A DNA stretch of 64,000 bases. Origin: Rhizodiscina lignyota. Taxonomy: Eukaryota. The stretch covers positions 620,001-684,000 of the forward strand of contig ML978127.1 in assembly GCA_010015805.1 (NCBI GenBank), in the 5' to 3' direction. Made by a program: the position numbers and the translations under genes. Below the pieces are notes generated by a model. It was not told the origin of the DNA and searched no databases. It saw only the letters and a program-made list of their open reading frames with translations. This document shows, one piece after another, positions 36,891 to 48,363 of the stretch (the first letter of the stretch is position 1; every line of letters starts with the position of its first letter).

Positions 36891-39806
36891 AAAGACGGTT
36901 GGTGGCTACAAGAGTTAAATTGCAAGATATCTTTAACACCTCGGGAATACGGCGCAGGGCGGAAATGCACCCACTGACCTCGATCTCGAAATGCTCTTTG
37001 CAATTTCTTCCCGTGAGGAATAGGAAGGAGCAGTATGGGACGAAGAGCGTCAGACCACATAACGCGGGTATCGCTTTCCTGTTCTTCGGCGGCACGGATG
37101 AGGAGCTACTGCCCAACTGCACATCACGTCCACTGCTTGACACGCCACGTCGGTCTCAGGGAACAACAGCATTTCAACAGATCCTCTGGGCGGCCGGGTG
37201 TGGTGGACTTGGAAAGTGGAACCGCTGCCGCTGGGGATTGCTCGCACCTCTTGCCCGCCAACATTGTACAATCGTATGCATTGCGTTTTTCTTTTCTTTT
37301 CCACCGGGATTTTCACATCATACCTTTTGCTGCAAAGGATATAGGATTGGGCAGGGGAGGGGGCCATCGGGTTGAGACGACCATCATGACGATTCGGCAG
37401 CAAGCGTTTTCTCAGGTTCTCTCTCAGGCATAAATAAGATTGTTTGAGCGCTTGGTGGGTAGGATTCTGTATGACGAAACGAGAGAGCCAAATGGCGGTT
37501 TGGCATGCGATGCGAGATTTGGCGCTCGCTGAAAAGGCTTGGTTGTCGTCGACGGTCGAGTTGAGTAAGCTGGGGCCGAAGAAATTCAGAGATAGCTTTT
37601 AGCTCTATATGGGAGAGGCAATCTCTCTCGCATCTATCGTACTATAGTTTCTACAAGCCTCGCCCTCGTCCCCAAACCTGATCGTGTAGCTGAAATACGA
37701 CAACCGTGATGCCTGCGTAGTTTGACAGCTGCCAAGGAGAATGCAATGCCTCGAACTCCTGCCATAATCAATCAAGTGAATGCATAACTTCCTCATACGC
37801 AGCGTCACTTAAACAGACCCGCTGGGTCTCCTTTGGTGGCCGAACGCGGTCACGACAATTCTTGCCAAAAATCAATACTACAATAATCTGAGCTTCCGCT
37901 GCTGAACTTCAGACTGAACCATGCCATGCGGTCGGCGTCCTTTCACTGCTAGAGACCTCGGACCATAATATTCTTTCCATGTACGGTTATTTTATCATAC
38001 TGATTCTCGTTGGGGCGCGTTCGGCACACAATTATGCGACGACGCACAACGCAACGAAGTCCATGAGAAGACTTCTCCAGAGACCTTTCTTCTTTCATCA
38101 AAGCATAGCTCTGCAAAAACTTTAAGTGACTGAAGAAGATTGAACTCTTTAGCCTCAGGCGTAAATCCCGTCTACGCAAAATGCATGGGAACTCCAATCC
38201 GTCCTTATCACGCGAACGACGCGCGAATCAGGCTCCACAGATCTGCAGAGGAGGCAGACACGCGGAAAAGTCTGCAAAATCTGAACGTTGCGAGCTAAAC
38301 TGCAAGTTGCAGGCGCAGAAAGGTGCCAGTGGCGGTGCAGTGCACTTCCCCGGCGGAGAGACGAGGAGACTCTGAAGCCACTTTTCCGCGTCCAACAGGC
38401 TGAATAGGCCTCGAATAACGGCCTCCGTACATGACATATTTAAACTGCTCGCGATCCGCCGACCCGTGTAGGTTCGTATGCGGGTAAAATACACACGGCC
38501 TGGGAGGTCATCGCGCATCGGCGGCCCAATTTCTCACATCACCGAGCTGAACGCAGCTAGGGGCCTCACATGCAAGACACAGATGTGTGCACAAATTTAG
38601 AAACCAGGCACATGAAACATTTTCTCTCCATCGGGGGGCCGAAAAAGACCATGGGCATGCCCATTTTGATTGGATTTTTGGGCTGTCCTATCTCAACAAG
38701 AGTGTAGTGTGGACTGGATATTGCTAGGCCTCGTATTTTTTGTTCCTCCTCTAAAGGGTAAAAAGAAGCAGCTACGTAAGATTCCACCGTATACGCTTGT
38801 GCCAAAAAGCCACCACCGCCATCGACAGCCTGCTTGCCACGCCCCATCCCTCCAAAATCGGAAAGTCGGAGTTGGATGAAAAAGAGCCGCCAGCGAGAGG
38901 AGTTGCATGTGATGGGGGGCCAAACCGTGGATTTGAAAAGCTTCGTGAAGCTTGACGCAAGAAAAAGAAAAGAAAAGTCCGTCTCGCAAACGACAGGACC
39001 ATTTGGAAACAGCATTATGCGTTCGTTAAAACCTTTCTGCTGATGATGCAAGGCGCAGAAGATGTGCCGGTCTAAAAAGAAAACAAGTAGCTCGAAAAAG
39101 GGTGATCGGGATGTTGATCCTCATCTTCCGCCCTCTGAGTCCGTGTGCAGAAGCAAAGGGGAGAAAAGCAAAGGCTGAAAGACCGAACATTCCTTTTTGA
39201 GCGAGGGTATTTTGTGATCATCCGCCGATGATGAAAGAAATGCAAAACCACAAAGTAACATGCCATGTCCGTTAAATGCCGGAAAACGAGAGCAGTGCGT
39301 GCAGGCCCAAAGATCCAGTATCAAAAAAGACCCGAGCCGACCCATTAACACCTCGTGCAAAACCCGCAGACCCAGAGCAGATCCACCATCTATAGAAACA
39401 AAAAACCAGATTCAAATCAAACGCAGTGGAACAACCAGAAAGCAAAAGCAGAGACAAAATCTCTAGCAAACATGGCTCGCAATGCAGATGCCAAATCATG
39501 AAAAGGTATGTGTGTGGAAGGGTGCAAATGTCGGACGTCCCCGTTGACTTGACGTATTTGTGCTGAAGGTGCGCGCTGCCCAGCAGACGTAGGAGTGTTT
39601 GGTGAATGACGAGCTGCGCGACGGATTATGCTGAAGGGTAGCCCAGAGTTGGCATGGTATTATTGGGGATTCCGGTAACGGTGTCGTAATATAGACGGTT
39701 GAAAGAAAGTCTCAAATGTCGTGACCGCAACTTTTGAAAAACAGAGCCAGAGGAAAGACGTCAACAGAAGAAACTTTTGGGAAAGTCGATTACACGAGTA
39801 TTGCAA

Positions 39807-41306
39807 TTAGCCAGCGACAGGCATAGCCTGTCCATGACCATAGTGATTCAAGAAGTAGCTCGGAGGGCTCCTAGTGCAGTGGAAGCAGCCACAGTGGAGA
39901 GGGTGTCCGGGTACGTGTCCCGGTACCAATTGCGGCATACCAGGGTGGTAGTATGGATACTGCGACTGAGGCTGCAACTGAGCGGCTTGTTGAGCAGTCA
40001 AAGTCAAGGAAGGAGGGAAGCCAAACATTGTTCGACGCGAATAGCCCTCATGGCCGGACCACGAAGCGCCAGGTGCAGTGGAGCCGTAATACTCTGGAGT
40101 GGTTGGGCCAGTGTGAGGCGCAGAAGCAGGCGAGCTCTCGGTGCCAGAGCGTGGGAAAAGCCACGCCGAATCGTATGGCGTGTATGCAGGAGTATCCAAC
40201 TGCATTGGGTCGGATTGAATCTGCGGCATCTGAGCATTGCGCTTGGCATGAGATCCGAATCCAGACATTGGAGACCACGAAGGACGGGTGTTCTTGTGGT
40301 ACTGAATGTTGGTGTCGAGAGGAGTGAGCTTGACGTTGCCGTTTTTGCGAGAATTGGCCTGGTGCTCGTACTCCTTCCAATGCTGCTTCCAGGAGTTGAA
40401 CCCTTGATGCTCTTCCGGATCGCGGTGGAGACGATGGTCCATTGCCTGGAACCATTCGAGCTCCAACCAGTTCAGCACAGACACTTCAATCCCACTGACT
40501 TCTGCCCAAGAGCGGTTGACGAACGTGTGGTCATCGAGGAACTTGCTGGCCAGAAGCAGTGCGATGGTCAGCATCCGCTGTCGCTGGTTCTGGTGGCTGC
40601 GGCGCTGGTCGCTTGAGAGCTGCGTCATGCGCATGGACAAGTAGTGCAAGCCCAGAAGAATACTGGCAAGAGGCAATCTTGTTGCGATGAGCACCTGGCT
40701 GACCCATTTCCGGAAGACAGGGTCAATGTTTTGCTGGGCGCCTAGTTGGATGCTTTTCATGAGGTCAATATCTGCAATGCAGATAGGGGTCGAAAAGAGA
40801 GCGTACATTCCATGAGCCATCTCTATGACAAACTCTGTCATGGTCTCCATGTCGTAGTCCAAGACGGTGGCGACGCCACCGATGGGCTTCTCTGCCTTGG
40901 AATGCGCTTGCGCGTCTTCCCGGGCCCCAGTCTCGTGCCTAAGCTGATACGCCATGTCACCCGCCACGGCCTGTTCGTAGGTTGGAGGTCTCGTAGGCAC
41001 GAGCGGTGGAAGGATGGGACCCATCTTTCCGTAGTACTGCGTCGCCTGAGCCATGTTTGTCGACGGGTTGGAGTAGGCGGTCGATGGCTGGTACATCATC
41101 GAAGGGAGAGACGGCTGATATGACAGACCGGTGCTGCGTCGGTCGGAATAGTCGTAAGGGACATCAGACTTCGGTGCAGCGGATTGCTGAGCATACGACT
41201 GGTTGTACGGCATTCCAGGGTAGGTTCCAGAGTATGTAGGCGGATATTCCGGAGGGGTGAGAGGAAGCTGGTGTCGACCCATCGACCTGGGGAAGAAGGA
41301 AGGCAT
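39807..41306 (-). CDS. Clg1/Pcl-like cyclin (Pho85-type cyclin box)
   Basis: IGGVATVLDYDMETMTEF, FRKWVSQVLIATRLP and LLLASKFLDDHTFVNRSWAEVSGI...LNWLELEW. Coding region is intronless. Confidence 0.88.
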   Translation of the reverse strand: MPSFFPRSMGRHQLPLTPPEYPPTYSGTYPGMPYNQSYAQQSAAPKSDVPYDYSDRRSTGLSYQPSLPSMMYQPSTAYSNPSTNMAQATQYYGKMGPILPPLVPTRPPTYEQAVAGDMAYQLRHETGAREDAQAHSKAEKPIGGVATVLDYDMETMTEFVIEMAHGMYALFSTPICIADIDLMKSIQLGAQQNIDPVFRKWVSQVLIATRLPLASILLGLHYLSMRMTQLSSDQRRSHQNQRQRMLTIALLLASKFLDDHTFVNRSWAEVSGIEVSVLNWLELEWFQAMDHRLHRDPEEHQGFNSWKQHWKEYEHQANSRKNGNVKLTPLDTNIQYHKNTRPSWSPMSGFGSHAKRNAQMPQIQSDPMQLDTPAYTPYDSAWLFPRSGTESSPASAPHTGPTTPEYYGSTAPGASWSGHEGYSRRTMFGFPPSLTLTAQQAAQLQPQSQYPYYHPGMPQLVPGHVPGHPLHCGCFHCTRSPPSYFLNHYGHGQAMPVAG

Positions 41307-44300
41307 GATGAGGAGCAAGAGTTAAGGAGCGCGGTGGAGGAGAAGAAACGGGGATGATGGGCCCTTTAAGATGTTAGAAAGCAGTCGAGACGAGGAACTG
41401 CTTAGATTCTTACCGTCTCCTTCACTTCCAACCAGCGGTAGGACGGAGCTTGCGCTCAAAGGGAAAGTTTGAGCGTCCTTGCTAGATGTCTCTCATGCAG
41501 GTTCGCCGTCCGCAATTAGAGTTGAAAGAAGGGTGAAAGGAAACTCAGGAAATCGTAAGCTCGTGAAAGAGGTGTTGATCGGAAAGACGCTTTTGTCGCT
41601 AGCAGCTCATGAATGTCGCCGGCTGTTTCGATTTTGTTCAAAGTGCTCTGAGACGTTGACGGGAATGGTTGATTTGTTAAAATCGAGACAACTGTTATCG
41701 TCGCTCTCACCGCTGATGATGTGCGGTCGATGAGCAAAGGGTCCGGTGGTCGCGAATCGCAGACGTGGGAGCAATGCTAAGTGAATAGATCGCCCGATGC
41801 GAGAGCAGTGTTTTTTGTCGGCCCCCAGTAGCGGAGGTCGCGGATGAAGAGGCAAATGCGTGAACGCTGCAAAATAAAGGCACTAATCGACGATGCGGTC
41901 GGGTACCGTGTTCGATCGAAACCAAAGGCAAGGCGGATGGTGAGGTGTTGAGAGTGAATCCGGCCGGTGGAGTGAAAAAAGCGTTGACCGTGCTGTTGCT
42001 GGTTCGACGCTCGATCGACGGTATTGTCTTCAGCCAAGCCTTCTAGAAAGGTAGATGCTCAGGACAGCGGGTGTTGGCTTGATATATTGGTCTCGGAAAC
42101 GTCGTCCTGCGGCAGAGTAAAACCCGGGCCACCAAAACACTTGGGGTGAGTGTGATCGTGTCGGAGGAGGCGAGTCGAGGTGTCGCACGAGCCGCCTGTG
42201 GGGAGCTGGTACTGATGGTTTTTGGATGTGGAAGGGTTGAGAGAAGGTTGAGGGAGGAAGTTTGTTGGAGAAGAGGAGGAGTGTCGGGTGTGTGGAGGAG
42301 GAAGAGAGGTGCTGGACGGCGATGGGGAGAAGAAGACAGCCGAGAGTGGCAGCGAAGGGCAGTGAAAGCGAGCGAGGGCGACGAAGCCGGCCCTTTCCAC
42401 GCACAACCTTCACCCACGCTCGAAATGACTAGACACACCCCTACCACTCCACACCCTCCCTAGTACCGCCCGAACACGGCCACCAGAGCCGCGCTGCGAA
42501 AGCCCGCTAGCCCGGCCGCCCGTATTTACGGCCAGTAACTTTGCACCACATGGGGCTTAGCCCAGCCTCCCGTCATGCGCTTATGGAAGCTCTGCTAAGT
42601 GCACCTCCTGCCACTCGGCGTGTGTGGGCTGCTCGTGAAGTGCAAATCGCCATGACAAAGCCCGCAGCTGCGCCTCGGAGGCATCTGGGAGTGGGCAAAA
42701 TGAATTCAACGAGTGCCATGTCCCCGAAAAGCGCCCACGGCCAGCTGTCGCGGCTGCGGTGCTCGGCCGCGAAAGCGCACGTTCGCGGTATTGAAAGGAA
42801 TCTCGCCTCCTTACTACGGTTCCTACGGAGGCTGCGCTGTGAACGTGTGCGAGCCAGCGGCTTATTCTTAGGTGGAGTCCAAATGAGCCCGTCATTCATC
42901 ACTGCCCGCCCACAGGCCACTCCACAGGCCACTGCAGCGCATCGCGCAAGGGTGCAGGCGTCGCTCCCATCGACTCCCTGGCCTGGCACTTGGGACCTTA
43001 GCTTAGGACTCCTTAGACGAACTTGGACCCTGAGCCTGAGCAGAGCAAACTCGCCTTGCTTCAGCCTTCAGCCAGCGAAGGCACGTTCCCTCCCCTTCCC
43101 CGCGCGCTTCGAGGAGTACGAACGCAGATGACACCAATATTTCGCCGGCTCCATATATCTCAGGCACCGCTCGATGTGTGTGTCTTGTTGTTGAACAGCA
43201 CGCGCACGCAGCTGAAATTGCCGCCCAACAATCTCTGTTTTCCCCCGTTGATATCTTCACCTCACCTGGCCCACCATCTTTTCCGCCGGCCTACCAACAT
43301 CTTCGTTTCTCCCGGTAATACGCGATCACGAGCGAGTCGGAGCATCGCGAACAATCGTAAGTTGTCCTCGGCAATGCGCGCGCGAACAGCAGAGCGAAAT
43401 GCTCGACGACATCACTTGCAAGGGAGAAGGCACGCTTCGCTATTCCTCCCGCGCTGCTTTGAAATACTCGTGGTGGAGGTGTGTCCATAGCCTGAAATCC
43501 ACTCACGACAGCAGCTTCAAGGTACGTACCGCCAGTGCAGGGCCGAAGGGTTTTCGTGTGCGTCCGCTTGCCGACGGTAGCCCCATCCAGGCAGCAGGAG
43601 GAGAAAAAGAGGAGCGGAGGAAGGCTTTGCTGGATGGAGGATAGCCGGCGTGTCGGCCAGTCAAAGGCATCGCAATTTTGCAGGTGAATCAAGCGGCCAG
43701 CCTCGAGGCCACTCACACATGCCATCATCATCCCGCTGTGATCAGCACCTGACAGCGCCCGGAGTGAAATGGGCAAATCACATCGCACACGCCTGAGCTG
43801 CTCTCCATCGTCGCGCTGCAAATCTGACTTGTCTTGTGCCTGGCCTCCCCAGCTCCCACACCGTTGCCTTGCACACACTCGTCATCGAGCGCTTCGCCCT
43901 TCGTATTTGCGCCACCTCTCCGCTTCGCCTGCAGTCGCGACCTTCCCGCTTCCACTGAAGACTCCGCGAGCGAGCACATCGTGCAGCAGAGCGGCAGTTC
44001 AGCTTCCACGCCCGCCTTCGCTCGACACTGTGCGATGTGGCGAGGCACGCACAGCCCTGCGATTAGCCATTCTGACAGAAATCTTCCGCCTCTTCCAACT
44101 GGACTGTGTCGTGCGCAATGCGACGATCTATTCATGTCCACCGATGCAATGCTGTCGATGACATCGATTTCGCAATTAAGACCTCGTACGGCCTACGACG
44201 ACGACTACGTACTGATGCTGCTCCAGACTCGTCTACCGCCGTCTAAACGCCCGTCGAAAGCCACTGCGAGCAAGTCTTCGCACCTCGTCCCACCCATTGG

Positions 44301-45547
44301 AAGGGTAAGCGAACCACAACTCATCCCTCTTGCAGCAGTGCAGAGGGCCTAGCCACGTGGAAACTCGGCATACAGGAACGTCTAGAGACTAAGACCGTTA
44401 ATCGTCCGTCTACATCTTTCGTGCCTAGGCGTACAGTGTTGTGTGTACGCCTCTGTGCTGCCGAATATCCCAGCTTCCCAAGCCTCTCCGCATCTCACAA
44501 GTCTCGGGCGTAAAGTGCCCAGAACAGCAAGCGCGTAAGATGAGGGTTTAGGATACGGCTTGCTCTGATGAGAGAAATGTCGCGCGTTGTTCCTGCCAAC
44601 GCGGAATGAGGATCCTTCTGCCTCTAGAGCTTACAAAGACGATCGTCCTTAGGTGGGCAGGCCCGACACACCTACCTCGTACATACATACCTACTGTAAT
44701 ATTAAGAAACAAGCAAAGTTACATCTCTCAGGCATGCGCACAGTCCGTCTCCTGTTCCCTCTGGCCGGCTTATCCCACGATGTGTGCTCAGTACGAGCTC
44801 ACCAGCACGTTCCGCGTGCCGAGCCGGTCCCGAAAGCGAGGACTGGCCCGCTCACATACAACTCTCCAGACTCCATGATTATCCAAGGCTAAATCTCAAA
44901 TTAACGTGTGGCACTTGGAGTCTGATGTCCACCCGGCTCCGAGCAATGCTCTATACTTCAAACGTGCGAAAACAAGGAAAGGCCAAGCTTCAGGCTGCGT
45001 TGAAACCGCAGCAGACGTAGAAACAGACCTTACAAATTCCAAGCGTCCAGGCTTGATTTAGAGAGAAACTTCTCATGCCTCTACATGCCACTGTCTCGTA
45101 GGCCTTCCCATTCAAGTTTGACATCGCCGAGAGCCTCGGACTCGCCCGCGTGAGCACTGACAGCATCTAATGGCTTTGACAGCTTTCTATCTGTGCGTCT
45201 GTGGCTACTGTGGGTCGCATTAGGAAGTCAGCATCAGATACCCACTGAAATAGGTGCTTAGGTGGCGCGTGGGCATGCTGCACGTGAAGCCGAAAATGGG
45301 CATTTCATATCATATCGAATAGAGCAGTGGATTCAGCGCCCGACACGATGCCGCGAGCCGGTGTGTGAGTATCTGAATCTACCTAATCTTCCAGACTAGC
45401 ATGCCGATGACAACAACTTTTTCGCCAGGTAAAGAGCACTCATGTCTGAAGCTTTACGAAACGCCCCATGCAGAAAGACATCGAACCCCAGAAACGGATG
45501 TTCGGCATGCACTGGTTGTAGGCCAGGCCATGTCGAGATGCCACAAC

Positions 45548-46969
45548 TCAGTTCATCTGTCTGATCAGAGCGTTGATGTGCTCCTCGCGGTTACCCAAGT
45601 CACCGCCCTCGATGAAGTGCTTGAACTTCCTCGTCCTGAAGCCGCCATTCGGGTTGCTCAGCTTGAAGGGCCAGAGGAAGTTGCTCGCCTGCTTGAAGTT
45701 GGGGCCGACAGTGTAGATTTCGTGGATGAGGTCTTCCATGCAGATCATGCCGTACTTGCCCAGTTCCTGCTCGATGATGACGTTGTCAGTCAGCGGGATA
45801 CGCTGCTTCTCGATCTTGCCGTAGCCACGTTTGTAGATGAGCTCGCGGACCGACTTCAGGTTAGGGTAGCCATAGGCGACGAACGGCTCGACAATCCTCA
45901 GCATCTCAAGCGTGGCCTTGGTCAGACGAATGAAGACTCCGTTGTTGATCTGGAGAAGGCGGAGGAGCTGGAGAGTCTTGCGCTTCTTGGGGTCGATCTT
46001 GTTGATACCCTTGATACGGACGACGAAGACCAGCTTAGCCTCGTCGGGAACGTAGAATGAACCTTCCTGCTTCGCAAGGCGCTGGAGACGGATCTTCTCG
46101 CGCTCCGCATCGCGATACTCCTTGACGTAGGACTCGGCGCGCTTGAAGATGGTCTTGCGCTTCTCCTTGTTTTGCTACGGGCTCAAGTCAGATACTCGTT
46201 CCACTCAGTGTATGATTATGTGTAACAGATGAATGAGATTTCAGCCCCGAAAGATGGTTAACAAAGCGACAGCATCGACCGGAGGTCTAGTCGGCAAAGT
46301 GGTTGCTATCATCACCAAAATAAATGAGTGGAAAGGAAATATCAAGCTTACCTCACGCTTCTCCTTGAGCTTCACGGCTCTATCCTCTCGCTCCTTCTCT
46401 TGAGACTTTCTCTTCTTGAGGAGAGTCTCGGGAACGAGAATCTGGTCCTCAGTCGGGACACTCCTATTGACAAGGTCAGAATGGTATTGCGGTGGAAAAT
46501 TGTGTTTTCCGAGATGAGAATTGCAGCAGTTGCGGCATTCTCAACCGGAGCGAGTAAACTCGAGAATTCATTTCATCGATGAGTTAGATCTGAGGAACCA
46601 TCACTCATTGAAGAGGAGGTTCGCAGCAGAACGTATGTAGTCTCAATCGACAAGACCCCTAGCTTTCGCCTGGGACAAGTTGCTCTCGCACAGTTACGTG
46701 CGGGCTTATGAAATTGAGAGCGGATGTCCAGCATCCAACTCCAAGACCCCGAGCTGATCACTCTGTCAAGGCCATGCAGAGAGCACAAGCTTGACAGGAT
46801 GACAGCAACAGGAAGAGAGTATCGAGCTGGCGACTGCGTGCACGCAGGCTGCTCCGCCGAGAAGTATGTACCGCGACCATTCTGCTAATTCGATTCGGAG
46901 GGATCAATCGAAGGCGGGAAAGAGGAAAACATACGTCTTAACCGTAGCGGTGCTCTTTTTCGGGGCCAT
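45548..46969 (-). CDS. RPL7: 60S ribosomal protein L7 (uL30)
   Basis: [37 protein letters not shown] and [11 protein letters not shown]. Introns 46464..46934 and about 46175..46351. Confidence 0.98.
46238..46319 (-). ncRNA. Intronic box C/D snoRNA, snR39/snR39B family (LSU rRNA 2'-O-methylation guide)
   Basis: Lies in RPL7 intron 2. Box C GTGATGA at 46309..46315. Guide ACCATCTTTCGGG is complementary to the conserved LSU rRNA sequence CCCGAAAGAUGGU. Box D CTGA at 46241..46244. Yeast RPL7 introns host snR39/snR59. Confidence 0.88.
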
Positions 46970-47217
46970 GGCGACGGGTGTGATGAGGCCTTGTCGTTGT
47001 CGAGTTGGTGGAGGTTGCTGTTGGAGCAGAGAAGGGGGAGTAAAATTTCGAATCGCAAGTGTGTGGCTTGCCGAGCTCGCTTATGCGCACGGGCCATGTG
47101 TAACCCGTATATCCCTGTCACTCGTGACTTCCGCTAACGTCAACCGTCCATAGTCCCTCGACGATTTATCTTCGTCTTCCAAAGATGATGCACTGATTGC
47201 CCTTGAAGCAATTCAGC

Positions 47218-48060
47218 ATGGCGTCCAATCGCCGAGGCGTTGGCCTCTCTGCTTTTTCCTCCTCTGCCCTCGCATCCGCTCAGTATGCTCAACATGGCTC
47301 GACGCTCCGCCAGTCGCATGTCGACTCTTTGCAAACCCAGCTGTCCGTCTTCCAGCAGCTGCTGCACCAGTTCAGCATCACACATGGCAAAGAGATTCGC
47401 TCCAACCCTACATTCCGTGCCGAGTTTGCACGGATGTGCAATGCGATTGGAGTAGACCCTCTTGCCTCGAGCAATACAAGCAGTAGAAAAGGCAAGGCAG
47501 ATGGAGCTAGTAGCGTATGGGCTCAGATGTTGGGTGGAAGTGTGAATGACTTTTACTTCGAGCTGGCAGTGAGAGTGGTGGAGGTGTGTAGGGATACAAG
47601 GAAGGAGAATGGGGGCATGATTGCTGTCCCGGAGGTCAAGCAAAGAGTGCAAAAGGGAAGAGGAATCGGTGGTGGCATGGAAGTGTCAGAGTGCGTCGTT
47701 TCTCCATCCTGCAGTCATATAAAGATAGTTGCTGAAACCAATTGCAGAGATGATATTCTGCGTGCCGTCAAGTCACTTGAGCCACTGGGATCCGGATTCA
47801 CTATCATGAAGCTTGGTTCAAAGCAAATGATCCGGTCCGTCCCAAAGGAGCTAAACACCGACCAGTCTATCGTCCTTGAAGCCATTCAACTACTCGGCTA
47901 CGTAACAGTTTCAATGCTGCAAATTAACCTGCACTGGGAGCGCGCTCGTGCAGTTGCCGTCATCGACGACCTCGTTGCTGACTCTCTACTCTGGGTGGAC
48001 TTGCAATGCGAAGAGACGGAGTATTGGTCGCCCACCTTTATCCATGAGAGCAGAATCTGA
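47218..48060 (+). CDS. SNF8: ESCRT-II subunit Snf8/Vps22 (EAP30)
   Basis: RRGVGLSAF, EIRSNPTFRAEFARMCNAIGVDPLAS, DFYFELAVRVVEVC and RSVPKELNTDQ. Intron 47691..47747. Confidence 0.95.
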   Translation: MASNRRGVGLSAFSSSALASAQYAQHGSTLRQSHVDSLQTQLSVFQQLLHQFSITHGKEIRSNPTFRAEFARMCNAIGVDPLASSNTSSRKGKADGASSVWAQMLGGSVNDFYFELAVRVVEVCRDTRKENGGMIAVPEVKQRVQKGRGIGGGMEVSECVVSPSCSHIKIVAETNCRDDILRAVKSLEPLGSGFTIMKLGSKQMIRSVPKELNTDQSIVLEAIQLLGYVTVSMLQINLHWERARAVAVIDDLVADSLLWVDLQCEETEYWSPTFIHESRI

Positions 48061-48363
48061 GAGGTTCAGCTGATCAGCATATCACGAGACGAGGATATTC
48101 GGTTTGACTATAAATGAAAGTCACTGTAAACGGCGCACAGGAAGAAGCTTGATCATAATGGATAGCGAAACGAGCACATTCAACAGGTCAGTTAACCCAT
48201 GGCGATGAATGAATTTGACCAGTTGAGGTCCCAGCGCGATAGATATAACAGCAAGAGGCAAGGCTAACTGAGATAGGAATTGAGCTCATTGATGTGTCGA
48301 TTCAAATGTAGCTAAAGGCCATTCACTTGGCCCCATGGGTATCTATCAGCACAACTTCCCCCT

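Noticed and set aside
36881..39500. ORFs between YAK1 and the cyclin
   Set aside because: Low-complexity A/T tracts consistent with convergent 3' UTRs. No coding signature.
42030..44352. Many 100-200 aa ORFs on both strands
   Set aside because: GC-rich non-coding DNA giving Arg/Ser/Pro-rich shadow ORFs with no domain signatures.
45401..46060. 219-aa ORF antisense to RPL7, and similar antisense ORFs over RPT5, NMD5, SKI2 and qutD
   Set aside because: Expected by-product of biased codon usage on the sense strand.
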